In this document: positions 1-13,168 of the stretch, piece after piece
Position numbering within the stretch: the first letter of the stretch is position 1
Layout of the letters: every line of letters begins with the position of its first letter
NCBI GenBank assembly: GCA_008632985.1
Contig: QPGO01000370.1
Location: forward strand, 1-42,132
Source: Psammoneis japonica
Lineage: Eukaryota
Direction of reading: 5' to 3'
DNA length: 42,132 bases
Made by a program: the position numbers and the translations under genes
Notes under the pieces: generated by a model
Database searches by the model: none
Seen by the model: only the letters and a program-made list of their open reading frames with translations
Told to the model about the DNA's origin: nothing

Positions 1-3000
1 ACGTCTTGTGTCTTTTTCCCGTATACAACCATGGCTCGGCCACTCTGTTGCTCATAGGCCACATAATTGCTTTCATGCTTGCACTTGCATAGTTTCCAAG
101 AACAAATCCATCATCCATTCATTACCATCCCACACTATGCAAAAGTCCGAGTTCTTAAAAGAAGCTCCAGCGAGAATCATCTCATTGGACGATGGATGAG
201 ACGCTAAGTACAATCGGTTGTTCGTTCCACTCTTGACGGGTGACTCAAGTCGCTTTTCTAAACTCCAATAGTTTCCATTCCAAACGCGATAGTAAATTGC
301 GTCTTCTCCTCCCTTGTTCCACACCAACATTGCATTCCCACTTTGAGATTCGTAGGCAATGTCAAACCCGTGTCGAAAAGTATTCATTGCATTGGAGTCA
401 AGCGGTGAAAAAGAAATGTCATTCCAGCTGCCATCCGAGTACATTTGAGCAGTGACTTGGAGATTTTCATTGACTCCCACCACAATTGCTTCATCTCTTG
501 TTGTCGAGAAAGCGCCTCGAATAATAACCCATCTTCCATAGGTGTTCTTCATGCTATCTACTTTGTCAAACTTGTTTCCGTCCCATAAGCTGTATCCGGG
601 AGGGGAATCGTCACCGTTTACAAAAATCGCAATACCCCTTTCAGCCTTGCATTTATTACATGCCAAAGGGCAAGCTTCTTCCCCTGAAACCACATTTCCA
701 GATTTTCCTTGCCCATAAAACGAGGAGCAGAAATAACCCACGTTCCACTCCCTTAAATCGTCACAGTCGATCCGCGTCCCTTTAGATGACATATACGCCC
801 AACTCAAGTCATCTCTACACAGCAATCCATTTTGCACGTTAAATGCCGAAACAGCTCGATCAAACGTGGGGTAGGCTGTGAGAGGAAATGTTGTCGGTGA
901 CGGAGTGGGGTTTTTGGTGGGTTGTTTTGTCGGACTGAGAGTTGGGGAGTTGGACGGAGGCCTTGTGGGCACTTGGGTTAGAGAGATCGTTTGCGACGCG
1001 GTTGGCAGTTTGGTGGGTGATAACGTTGGTTGTTTTGTCGGACTGAGAGTTGGGGAGTTGGACGGAGGCCTTGTGGGCATATGGGTTGGAGAGGCCGTTG
1101 GCGACATGGTTGGCAGTTCGGTGGGTGATGATGTTGACTGTATTGTCGGAGTGAGAGTTGGATAGTTGGATGGAGGCATTGTGGGCACTTGGGTTGGAGA
1201 TGCCGTTGGCGACATGCTTGGCAGTTCGGTAGGAAGAGGCGTAGGAGCCGCAAGCATTGGGAGAGGGGTGTCTGGAAGAAATGCATCTGGATCGCATAAA
1301 CCGCAGGTGACTGGACAGGCTTGAGAGCCTCTCGTTGGCTGCCCCCTTGCATCGAAACCCATAAGCTTGCACCTCTGTGATTTTTTGTCCTTGAGGTATC
1401 GGCAGGTCTTGTCGATTCCCTTCTTTGTTGTAAAAACCCAATCTTTATCGTCAATACAAGGCTCAGATGAAGGTCGGGTCATTGTTTTATCTTGAACCGT
1501 TGGCAAGCTAGACGGAGCAATAGATGTTGGGACTGGAACGTCATCCGTGGCCGTTGGAGGCCCAAAGATGGTACTTTCCGAACGCGCAAAGGTACCACCG
1601 GTCTTTTCGAGCTTTCCATCATAGTACAATTGGTAGGAGCCCGCCCCATAAGTACAACACATTCCATCACTTTCTAAGTCTCGAATTGTAAATGTGTATG
1701 TATCTTGTGGCAAGCAAAGCCAGATAACGTAGTTACGCTCATTCCGATACCCGCTGCCTTGATCAATGACCTTGTTGTTGGAGTCTGCCAGGTCCCAAAA
1801 AGTTTCTTCGCCAAACTCATCCGTCGTGAGATTAAGCATGAAGACCTTCTCGTCGCAAGGAAATTCAGTCGGGGCAGGTGTTGGGGGCTGTGTATAAAGA
1901 GGATCTTGTTTGCAACCTCCAACTGCTCCGTCTGACAAGCTGTAGGGTGATTCGCCTCCGGCTAAGCATCCTTCCTCAACAAGGAGGTCGAAGGCTGCTT
2001 TGGCTTGCACGACTCCGAATCCCTTCTCCTGGCTGCATCCACCTTGATTTCCATTGTTGGCCGTTCGAATGAGAACATTTCGAATTTGGTTGTTGGTGCA
2101 TTGTGGAAAGTATGACCATACCAGAGCTGCTGTACCTGCAACAAAGGGTGTTGCCATGGAAGTACCTGGCCGCGGGGCGTAAAACGTGAAAACGTCAGGC
2201 TGAGAACGCAACAACATCATTGCTATTGGGGAAGAAACGTTCGTGTATCAAAACCTTACCACTCCATTCATCATAACCGTACTCGCCGCCTGCACCTGTC
2301 GATACTGTTGAGAGGATGTCGACACCTGGCGCAGCAATTTCAACTTGGTCATTGTACTGAGAAAAGACTGCAGCATTTTCGTCCTCATCAACGGCCGCCA
2401 CCGACATTACCGAAGGTAGAGACGCCGGATAGGCGTAATCATCATTCCCACCATTCCCTGACGCAGCCAATAGCAACGCTCCATCGTTGTAGGCCTTCTC
2501 AAATGCTTGCTGAGCGATATCACTCAAAACCGGCCCTCCAATACTCATGCTTATGACCTTTGCTCCCATTTCTAGGCAGCTTTCTAGACCTTTCAGTAAC
2601 AGAAACTCAGACCCATTTCCATATCGATCCAAAACTTTTGCAATGTGCAAATTGAACCATGAAGCTTTGCTCAGCACCCCTTTGACGCCGATGTTGTTGT
2701 TTCCAATAGCAGCGATTGTTCCACAGCAATGCGTTCCGTGGGAGTATGGATCACTCGTCCAGTCACCAATACCAGTGTTAATACCCGTAACATTGTCAAT
2801 AGGTAGATCTGGGTGACCAAGTGCCATTCCGCTGTCAATGATGCACACTGTCATGTTGTTCACGCGTTCGATATTCGGAGAAAGATCCCACATTCGATCC
2901 GCTTGTATCATTTTCATCCCGTATGACATTTGTTCCTCCAGTAATCGATGGAAGGCCTCTTGATTTCTATGACGTCGTTGAGGTCGTAGAGCATGAATCT

Positions 3001-3387
3001 TGTGGTTAGCTTCGATAAATTGGATGTTCGGATTATCTAGTAGCTTCTTCAATGACGCCCGGCTCGTTCCTTTATGGCGGCGACGCTCTGTTTCCGTAGC
3101 GTGCTAAACTTCTGATGAGACAATCTCTTAACAAGACGTTTTCCTTTTCTATTCTTGTACTTTACAAACACGGATAGCTCCTGAGGTACTTCATGTTTTT
3201 CGTCCACAACAATGCGTAGGATTTCTTCGCTTCCCGCGTGCGTCTGCGCCCACTTCTTTTCGTTTCGTGTTTTGAGAAGTGACTTTAGCGAAACGGATTG
3301 ATTGCAGAAACAAACGTCGACATGCCACGTAAGAAGTAACAATGACACCAGGATCATCTTGAGACAATGATGTACACGCAACAACAT
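1..3387 (-). CDS. Secreted multidomain subtilisin-like serine protease (S8), 3'-partial: signal peptide/prodomain, catalytic domain, DGMCC module, two ShK-like Cys modules, Pro/Thr linker, C-terminal beta-repeat region
   Basis: Catalytic motifs are IIDSG (Asp), HGTHCCGTIAA (His), AASGN (oxyanion Asn) and GTSMATPFVAG (Ser, joined after removing intron 2166-2259). The N-terminus MILVSLLLLTW is hydrophobic (ATG at 3387 or 3357). It needs 1-bp frame corrections near 3070, 115 and 64. The corrected frame (VAYEQQSGRAMVVYGKK) runs off the left edge. Confidence 0.9.
880..1260 (-). repeat. Coding Pro/Thr/Ser tetrapeptide (xxPT) repeat linker with a 108-bp internal duplication
   Basis: Protein reads SPTASPTQVPTMPP...SPTLSPTKQPT. 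Positions 921-971 are repeated at 1029-1079. Confidence 0.85.
2166..2259 (-). other. Spliceosomal intron (94 nt) in the subtilase gene
   Basis: Minus-strand donor G|GTAAGG at 2259, CTGAC branch-like motif, acceptor CCAG| at 2166. Splicing gives DEWSGTSMATP, the canonical S8 serine motif. Confidence 0.9.
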
Positions 3388-6300
3388 CTGCACTTCAAGG
3401 GCGTGCTATTTGGCCTTGGTTTTCGGACGAAAACCATGAGAAGTGTGAGTGAACCGTCGTCGAACCAGGGGCATAGATAACGTTTTCGTCAAAGTCATAG
3501 ATGCAGGTCACTATGACAGATTTCATGCGGTCATGTCATCCCTACAGCATTTCAACACTACGACGATGGCAGTCTAATTTCGCACTGTCCGTGACCTGCG
3601 GGCAGATGATGACAATTAAGTGGTCGCTCTGACTGCCGTAAAGCCGCAGGCATGCTCCATGCAGCACAGTGGCATGGCTGGAGTGGAGCCACCAGCTGTC
3701 CAGCACCAGAGGTGCACAAATCGTCTGTCATCGTTCGCACACGCCGGTTCGCACACTCAGCGCGCACACGTTTGCGTGAATCGGGTGACAGCAGATGACT
3801 CGTGCACCTCTGGCCAGCACATGCTGGGTTTTCTGTCGCAAGAGCAGGAAGCGGCCAGCACAAGAGACAAAGAAGAAGACAAGGAAAAATCTTTGTGCTG
3901 AGATCGTGAGCGGATTCTGTGGAGGCTGTGTGTCACCGATCGCGCGATTGTGCCGCTTTTTTGCCAGCCACTTGTCACTGCTTTTGCTTGCCATGCCATC
4001 ACATGAGCACAACTTGTCAAGACACTCACAGCCATTGTCAACAATGGACAATGTGGGTGTTCAGAATGAGCTCAGGGAGCTCTGTTGCGCTGACAATGTG
4101 CACCCGAAAAGCCACAAGCCAACATTCCAGAAAACTGCAACAATGATTTGCTGGCCCCACAAGCTGGAAGTGGTTTGAGCATGGGCACGTGAAATGGTGC
4201 ACATGCTGACAGATGGGTGGAGCAGGTCATTTGGAACATGCAGAGGTGGGCACAGCATTGGCAAGTTCAATTTCACCCGCCAGAGCCAAGCAGCCACTTC
4301 TCAGCAACAGCGGTTGTTGCTGACAATGCCAAGACAACACACATCGTGTGCTCCAGCTCAAAAGTTGTTGGCAGTCTTTGACCTTGCTGGCCACCTTTCA
4401 AGTGCTGTGCTCCTTGCCAACAATGGGCCGATCATCAACTCGAGACTCTGCACTCCACCCCACAGAGCTCCGCTGCAGAGCGTGTGCAGCCCCTGCTGCA
4501 AAAACAAGATGCCATCTTTGAAAGTGTGTGCAGCACAACCAGAGACCCCACCTCATTTCACAACTGCACAGCAGTTGACAGTGCTTGACTCCAGCCCAAT
4601 TCTTGCTGACAGAATTTGAGCAAGAATGACTTGCTCTTGCTCTGTCTCAGTCATTCAAGTGTTGATGACGCCAGGTGGACACGGCAAGCAAAACTCCAGC
4701 CCAGACCCAGTGCAACACCTTGCTGCTGTCTGCATGGCAGACAAGAAGTCTCTGTGCAGAGACCACTGCAGGTGCCCCCACGAACAATGGGGGCATGTGT
4801 CACAGGGTCAGGAACAGAAGTTTTTGGTCTGGCCAGGTGGAGGTGCCTGGTCTCATGCCTGTGATGGCATGCCCAGATGTTCAGACACCCTGACGGCCAA
4901 GACACGTGGTTGGTGAGACTCGAACCCAAGCCCATTTTGGAACTCGCACCAGAATGCGCCATTGTTGCTGACAGATTTCCATTCCCCAATGGAGGAATGG
5001 AGTGGTCTGTTGGCATTTGTGCTGCCAATTTGTCGCTGTTGCTGTTCACTGTTTCCTTGTTCATCGTGAAAGTTGACTGTCGAAACCCAGCTCTTTTTCA
5101 ATTTCTGTCACTTGCCCGCCCTGTTCTGGTGAACACGGCAGACCAACTCCAAATTCTCAACATCAACTCACTGACCTGGAACAGCCTCAAGAACCTTGAG
5201 CCAGTCAAGAGCATCAAGCCACTAACTCCGCCCACCAGAGACAACTCCGTGGCAAAAACAAAGTTCCATGTGGTCGCGCCACTCCTGCCTTTCCTTGCAA
5301 GCAGCACCCAAGATGAAGGCAACCAGTCAGCATCCAACCTCTTGATCATGACCCTGTCCACTGTCAATGATCATGACCAAGCACATGACAAAGATGAAAT
5401 GCACCCGACAGCATCTGGCAAGCTCCACGTGATCATGATGTTTCCGCTGGCTGTCACTCACAAAAAGTCCCGGCTTTCTCACAAAGCACCATCACCCATG
5501 ATGCTCTCTTGCAACATTTCAACAACCTTCACAGAGAGTGCATTGCTTCCAACTCCACAATGACTGCACCAGCTGGTGTTGCATCTGATGCCACCATGCA
5601 GGGTGTCACCTCCAGTGTCACCAAACTCACAGTCCACCTCCAAGTTGAAAGATCAAACTGCAATGACTGCCTGGCAAACAAGAACAACTCCTTTGCAAAA
5701 CCAGCCCCCACATTCAACAGATTCTGATGTGCATGTCCTCAGCCAACAGAGACACAACACACTCCAAACTGTGTGAATCCGGGCCAAGTTCTGCAATCAA
5801 GCTGTGACAGCAGCAGCTCAAAATTGGACCCAGCACACTCTCAAAAAACAACACGGTTGCCTGCTGGTCCTCAGCCAAGGAGTGGTTGCAGCCACGCAAG
5901 CTGGCAAATTCCTCCAGGACCTGAGTGACCCACCAAACAACTTCAGCACTCCTTCTTCCTCACACGCCCTTGCACTGAGACACTCAAATGATTTTTTTCA
6001 TTGGTGCTCCATTCTTCATGGGATGCATGTCACAAATTTCTTCTGCAGAGTCAATGCTCGCTGCACATCAGCAGTGTTTTTGTCACTCCAGGCAATGATG
6101 AGAACAAGACTGCACTCACAGCAACAATTTGTCTCAACCTGCAGGTCACCAAGCAGCAGCCTCTCCAAGAAAGACATCAAGAAAATGTCAGAGCAGAAAC
6201 TTGAATGGCAACTTTGCACACCTGTCAGCAATCATCATTGGTGAACAATCTCTTGTTGTCAAAAACCTCATCTCCTGCAACAGCCTTCAAGCCAAGGACT

Positions 6301-6487
6301 CAGCTTTTTTCCAGGCAAGCTTCACTTGGACATTGACCATGGCACTCAACTATGGATCACCAAATGTGTCAACGCTCAAGTTCAAAGCAACATCAACAAC
6401 TCCCCAGTCAACTTCACCAACTGTCAATGTGAGATTGTCCTCAAACTTCCTGTGCACTGCCCCTGCCTTCCTGATGACTCCCCAGTT

Positions 6488-7427
6488 GACGGGTTCCAGT
6501 CCTGGGTGGGACTCCGTGTGACATTGGGCCCACAGAATTCCATGTGCGAGCTCCACATTAAATTTGTGCCGCAATGAGAACACAAATGATCGCCAACAGA
6601 AAAAGAGGCAATTTTGCGAACCCATCTCCTCCTTCACACTTGTGGTGCATCATCAACAGTTTGCCCGGGTGTGTTCTACAGACATCAAGGTGTGCGCACA
6701 ACGAGTGCACAGCAGCAGCGCAATGTCAGCCAGACGACTGTCGTGCATTTTTTGCGATTTGCGCGACAAATTGCCGTTGACGCCGACGATGACGATGAAA
6801 ATTTTCAGACGCTGACAGAGGACGACTTTGCAGTGGGCACTTAATGCGTCAATCAACCACACTGTGGAGAACACATGTGTGTGAAGAAAGTCCCCCGGAC
6901 GAACTCACAATCGTTCGACAATCGAGTGCATTGAACGATGGTCGAAAAACAGAGCTCCTTGTTGGTGTGACGTTTTGCTTTCGAACGGAGGTTGCTAGCT
7001 GGGACTTTCATGACTGAATGCGTTCGTAAACTTGATGAACCAAATGTCAACAATGACAAAAGACTCTGGGACATGTCGCTGTCATCGCCATCGTTGCAAC
7101 AACGCACCACCGTCACGTCGCCTGTTTTTGGCAACGAGGCGCGCAGCGCGCTGCGCGTTTCTTGCACAGCAGAAAATCCTGAAAAATCAAATTGTCGTGC
7201 CTGCACCCCTTTGTTCCGAGAATGCCTTAAAGAACATGCCTGGCGCATTTTCATTCTCACAAATGTTGCAAAACACAAAGCCTTTGGCTTCGCAAAACAG
7301 GGAGCATGAAACAATTTCGTAGAAAATGACACGCAGAAATGCACGTGCATGACATGCGACGCGATCCAAAAAACCATTGATGTCACAGTGCAGCAGCACA
7401 AGGTCCCACCCAGAGCTGGAACGCGTC
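6488..7427. mobile_element. Non-autonomous TIR DNA transposon (MITE-like), copy A, 940 bp, 4-bp TSD AGTT
   Basis: Left TIR GACGGGTTCCAGTCCTGGGTGGGAC (6488-6512) and right TIR GTCCCACCCAGAGCTGGAACGCGTC (7403-7427) match at 22/25. AGTT at 6484-6487 and 7428-7431. Confidence 0.9.
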
Positions 7428-7812
7428 AGTTAACTGACAACCATGGAGTGAAACGCAAGGGTGAGGAAGGCAAAGACTGAGGCACAACTCCATGATCCCA
7501 GTCTAGAAAGTCAAAGAAGGGGAAGACTGTGGCAAGGCATTCCACCCCAACATCAAGAGCTTGCCCAAGATGGATGGCACCCAGTTTCTGTGGCAAATGC
7601 TGCCATCTCAAGGGCCGGTTGCACTGCTGCGTGCCCATTCAATCACAACAAACCAAAAGGAGCCCCACACGAAAGAGACAAAAATCTGGGTCGAGTCCTG
7701 CAGAAAAACTGACAAAATCCAGGAATGGGGCACATGGTTGTTGCTCAGCAGCAGTGACCCAAATCCAGGTGGACAGTCTCACCCACCTCCCAAACCTCCC
7801 CAATCCCACAAG

Positions 7813-8201
7813 GACGGGTTCCAGTCCCAGGTGGGACTCGTGTGACATTGGGCCCGTGGAATTCCACGTGCGAGCTCCACAGTGCTAGAATTTCATCAAT
7901 GGATGTGTTTGTCTTCAACATCAAACAAACGGCCAAGTTTGTGGTGCAATTAAGCCTCTTGCCACTCAACATTTTTGCAAATGCGCCTGCCCCACGTGAT
8001 TCTCGAGACATTGTAGAATCGCGCTGTAACAAAAAATGTCAAAAGTTGTTGGACGGATTGCTCAATGAGTGTGCCACAAAATGACACAAAATGTCGAAAA
8101 AATCACGTAGAAATCTACGTGCGCGACATGCGACGTGATTCAAAAAACCATCGATGTCACAGTTCAGCAGTGCGAGGTCCCACCTGGACCTGGAACATGT
8201 C
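7813..8201. mobile_element. Non-autonomous TIR DNA transposon (MITE-like), copy B, 389 bp, 4-bp TSD CAAG
   Basis: Left TIR GACGGGTTCCAGTCCCAGGTGGGAC and right TIR GTCCCACCTGGACCTGGAACATGTC (8177-8201) match at 21/25. CAAG at 7809-7812 and 8202-8205. Both subterminal regions are homologous to copy A. Confidence 0.9.
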
Positions 8202-11200
8202 CAAGAACCACAATGGCATCCAAATGCAAGCCCACCTCCCAAGCAACCACACAAGAAAGCACAAGGTTGACACCAGTTGTTGGATCAAGCCAACCAAAAC
8301 CAAGCAGAGAACCCTGTTGGTTGAACCTGCAATCAAGTCAATGAACTGCATCAAGATTGACAGAACAGCGCACCATGATGGAAGAAATGCCAGGCAAGCA
8401 TTCTCCAGAATCCAGAACCGTTGACATGAATGACAACTCTCCCCAAGAACCAAGCTTGCCCCACCTCAAGATTGCTCATCTGATGGAACAGCACCTGCCC
8501 CGAGCACCTGCCACAGTCACCCCAAAGGTTTTCAAATTCAAACAGTCTCTCCTTTGGGAAGACCCAGCAGAATCTGCAGCCAAAAGGCCACTGGCTGGCC
8601 AAGCAGCAGACCCTTTAGAGGCTTTTGAATCAAAACAGTTGCATCAATTGGCTGACTTGGCAGAGCCTGCAGCCAAAAAGCCACCAGCTGGCTGAGCAGC
8701 AGTCCCGACAACAAAACAAATCCAAAAAGTCATGCCAAGCATCTGACCTGGCAGAACCTGCACCAAAAGGTCACTGCTGACTGAGTGGCAGATCCCAGCA
8801 ACTCTCTCTCAGATGAAGAGTTCATTGATCTGATCTGCAATGTGACATCCTGCCCAGTGCCCATCAAACCCCCCTTTCTCTTTTGAATCTGTGATGGAAG
8901 CAGCAGAATGAAACCAGGTCATCCTTTCACAGCATTTTAACCTGGGCCTTGAGGCAGCTCTCCAAGCTCATGCAACTTGGCCATTGGCTGCAACATCCTC
9001 TGCAAAGGCAACAGTGCAGCAGTGGAGCAGTGTCAGGCTGGCTCTGCAAGTCCAACTTTGATGAAGACAAAGACCCTGTGAAGAACTGTCAGTTGCCCAA
9101 AAATTCACCAACATCATGATCAAAGCCCAGAGCCAGTCATTCAGTCAACAGTTCCCAGCAGGCAAGAAGAACATTGTCAGCAACTGTCTGTTGAGAGACA
9201 GTGACTTGTTGGAACAGGTTCCTCACAATGTTGGCATCTTGCTGCTGCCCAAAGAAGTTGTCTCTCATGGCTGACCTCCTTGACATCAAAGTTGCCCATC
9301 AGCAAGCAATGCCAAAGACACAACAAAAAGCAAGGCACAGCTTTCTCCTGCTGGGAAAAGGTTCTTGGTGAGATTGGGCTTGGAGATGACCTGTTCATGG
9401 ATGACCTCATGCCATCTCCCAATGACGCCACACTCTCAGAGCCTTGCAGCAGCACTGTCAAGGAAGGCAGATGCTCCTCTGAATGATTCGACACACTGGT
9501 GGCAGGGAGTGTAAGAGCTGGCATCAACAATGTGGCACAAACCTTCAGGATTTTATGACAGGAAAGATCCAAGACTCGACAAAGATGAACAAACATTTTG
9601 GCTTAAATTGCAGCAACACTGAGGACACAAGAACTAAAGTGGACAGCAGAAACAGCAAAAGTATCACAGCACACTTCTCTGAGCCTGCCAGAATGGGGAC
9701 TGCAAGATGTGCATGACATGCCACAAGTGTGTGCTTTTTTGTGATGCAATCTTGCAAGTGCTCCAAGACTGCCAGTGATAATGAACCAAGCTGCCAACAC
9801 TCAAGAATCTCAGAAATGTGGCACCAATTTTTTGCTGCAGCACTGCAAGAAGTTCCTGGCTGAGGCAGTGTGAAAGACTTGAAGACCGCCATTCAGACCC
9901 TGAAGAATGTCATTGTGTGTTTGAAAAGAGGTGCTTGAAAATGTGTGAAAGAGACGCACAATTTGTGCTGTCAGGAAAACAGACCAAAGTCATTGAAGCA
10001 GCTGCTTGTGCACACCACAGCAACATCTTGAGGAGAGGAGCAAAACACAACAGTCAAGCAAGACAAGGTGAGGCAATCACAAAAAGAATGTGGTCCCCAG
10101 TGGCATCTGTTTGGCTTGTTGAATTCAGCGCTCAAAGCATTTTGGCAGCTGTGAGCTCCAGACAAGTCAGCGCTGGATGAAAAGACCACGTGTTGGAAAC
10201 ATTGCACATTGAGCCAAGTGGAAATGTGTCCAACAGGACAAAAAGCAGCAGCCAGAAGCTTGTTTGGACAAACAACAAGGGAGAGTGTGAAAGATGTGCC
10301 AACATGCCATTGGCAGTTGGCGCTCATCAAACAGGAGCAAAAGACAAAATGTGATGCCACATGAATGATGAAGGCATGCTGCACAGACAAGATGGCAGTG
10401 CACTGACGACATGTGTGATCTGTGGCAGATTGTGCCCTGCCATCAGCAAGGCATCTGGTGTGCTTCATGGCCCTTCTCATGGGGAGCATGCAGTGCACAC
10501 ACGTTTGCTGACAACTGGCAGATGCGCCAGCAAAATCTTGTGATGCAGTGCTCCCACATCAGCAGACATGAGACAGCAGGCCTCTGGGACTCACACTCAT
10601 GACTCTGAGTGATCCACAATGTGCAAGGTTTGCACACACCAAGCTGGCCTCTGAAATTGTGCCTGGTGAACAACAAGGCTCAGTTTGCCGTGACATCAGC
10701 ATGCATTTGTTGTGCAGTGTTCACAAGAATCAAGATGAAGTTAAGGCTCAGCTCTTTCTTATGAATGGAAAAGTCCATGCAGTGTGTGCACAAAGCAAGT
10801 GCACAGCTCTCACACAGCTGACCATTTCACAGCAAAATGTGCTCGCCAACTCAGCAGCTGCTCTTGCAATTGTTGCCATCTGCAACAATCTTTGCAGCTG
10901 CTCAATCTTCATCTCCAAGTCAACTGCACAATGCATGTTGTCACACTGTTCAAAGAAAAAACCTGAAAGCACATGAGAAAAAAAACGCTTCATCTGCAGA
11001 AAAACAACTTCTCTGTGTGCAATTTGTCTGGCAGAGACGCGTTTTTTCATGTCGCTTTCTGGACCCAGTTGGAAGTTGCGCGCTGTGCTCAGGCACCAGA
11101 TGGGTCATGTTGCGTGGAAGATGGCAGACAGAAAATAAAAAAATGGGGTGTGCAGAACTGCCTTGCTTCTTTTGTGCAGCTCAACAACACTCAGCCATGG

Positions 11201-13168
11201 TGGGAACCACAGATGATGCAAAGCCACATTGTGGAAAAGTGCCCCACTCTGCAGACAAGCATCTTTGAGTGCGTTGATCTTTCTTCATGTGGTGAGCATG
11301 GTGTTTCTCTCAAGCCAGGAAGTCACACAGTGCCTGCTTCACACAACAAATGTGCAGAAAGGATGAACGTTGTTTGGCTGGAAAATCTTGCTTCGCTCGC
11401 TTAGCTTCGCTCGCTTTTAGGCAACCCATCTCGTCTGGCCGTCCTCCGTAGATGTCATTTTGTCGGTCTCGAATTGGATGAATGGGTGTGTGGCATCCGT
11501 TTTATTCTTCTTCAACAAAAAAGATCGCGAAAAGGAGATGACAGAAGATGATACAGTGTGCATGATGCACAATGTCACAATGCACACTGCATGCAAGTGG
11601 CAGCGCCATCATCGACCATGATGCCGTCGTCTTTCCTTTGAGCTAGGGCCCACCCAAGAGAGATTGAATCGACTGGACGGTGCTGTAAAGTGTGTAATTG
11701 GTATTGTTTTCGCTTGCTGTTACAGCACTGCGTATGCGCTCCGAAATTGTGTGTTTTTTGACACCGATAGAAGTTTGGTGCATTCAAATTTGAGACGGTC
11801 TCTCGTGTGCATGCACGTGAGATTGCATCTCCGTTTCCTTTTTTTTTCAACCAACAATCTCACCCGCACGTTTCTGTGATAGATTTGTTCTCTTTAGGAC
11901 AATGCTGTGGGCTAAACAACCCAGATGATGCCAAAAAAGTAGATGGAAACCATTGCTCGTGGATTACGCTGCTCTGGAATTCCTACAACAATTTTACGGG
12001 TGATAAGTAGTAACACTACTTGGGCAATAATATCATGGAAGCGATCACTTTGTGTTGGCCTCGTGTTGGGGATGAGTTTGAGAGTCTGGGGCTTGCGACA
12101 TTTGGTGCAAGAAATTTTCAAGGAGAAAGCACCGCACTCTTATAAGAGGAGATTCGCCCCGTATTTGAAAAAAAGTTTTGTCAAGATCCCATGGAAAGTT
12201 AGGTCACTGATGATGCCAAGCTGACTTTTTTTTAAAAAATTGACTGTAGCTGTGTTATTACTGCTACGAAAAACCGGCACAACAGACGGAGAAGAATTGG
12301 TAACTCAACGATTTGCTCGATGCCAATCAAGTTGTCGTTTTTGTTTGCTCGCGCCAAGGAATTTAATCGCTTGTTGGCTGCGCAGCATTTGCATCCATGC
12401 CGATCTATTCCAGAACAAGAAGTGCACCTCGAAATGCAAAAGAGTGCTGCTAGATTGAAGAGCTGGAGGGAATGGGGATGGGTAACGTAGGAGTGCTGGG
12501 AATGATTAGGGTGGTAGTGCCGGGATATTGAATTGGGTATTAGTAAAAGCCGGCAACTGGATTGAATTGACATACAAGTGGATACATGGCAAAGAAACAT
12601 GGTAGTAGCAGTGCATGTATGTATGGGAAGCTACACTAGAGAAACAAGTATCAAGAACATAGAGAGACGCGGACGGGCAGTTTTTAAAGTAAAAGGTGAC
12701 AAACCCCCACCTTACACATTCAAGGGTAGGCGAATCTCATCAAGCTCTGCAAGGTAGAACACTGCATTTAAAATGTTACACAAGCCATTCCTAGAGTCGC
12801 TACGACGACATTCAAAAACCGTTCGACGCCGCGTGCCGATACCCGGCTGGACCATACGCGATTGCTAAAAAAAAAGGTGTAATACCGGCTGGACCACACG
12901 ATTGGTACATATATGCCAAGTCGCGTCTCTACGGGAAAATCCGACGTCTATCAAAGCATTCTGATCCAACGTAGAGGAAATTCTGGTTGCTTCCCTGTGT
13001 GCTAAGAATATTTTGAGAAAGCTCGTGGTGAGCGTGTCGATCAGATGGAACGCCGACAGTATCTATGTGGTCTTCCCATTCCCCGCCGTCGAGAATATGA
13101 TTCCTTAGCATTTGCTACATCAGTCTGATAAAAAAAGCTAGACCCCATATAGGTGAGAAAATAAGAAA

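Larger units (their letters stand above)
4900..10400 (+). mobile_element. Decayed tyrosine-recombinase retrotransposon (DIRS/Ngaro-like): ORF1, RNase H and recombinase remnants; RT not recognised
   Basis: Manual translation gives ORF1-like ...LSQGVVAATQAGKFLQDLSDPPNNFS (~5870-5945) and a Cys/His motif (~7560-7650). PPFSFESVMEAAE*NQVILSQHFNLGLEAALQA lies at ~8870-8970. RNase H-like GWLCKSNFDE...VAQKF...SQQFPAGKKNIVSNCLLRD lies at ~9035-9200. Weaker recombinase-like segments run to ~10330. Many stops and frameshifts. Confidence 0.55.
3556..11420. mobile_element. Nested degenerate transposon tract 1 (TpA- and CpG-depleted)
   Basis: Abrupt switch to TG/CA-rich sequence almost lacking TA and CG. 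Contains the YR-retroelement remnant and two MITEs listed below. Boundaries approximate. Confidence 0.8.

Noticed and set aside
3556..3575. CACTA terminus (CACTACGACGATGG) at the edge of TE tract 1
   Set aside because: No matching inverted end or 3-bp TSD found in the window, so an EnSpm/CACTA element cannot be supported.
11890..12490. Possible plus-strand pseudogene in normal-composition DNA
   Set aside because: Protein-like stretches are broken by several stops and contain no motif I recognise.
12839..12904. Short imperfect direct repeat (CCGGCTGGACCAYACG) and the GCTTCGCTCGC duplication at 11390-11414
   Set aside because: Two copies only and no associated structure, so no function can be assigned.
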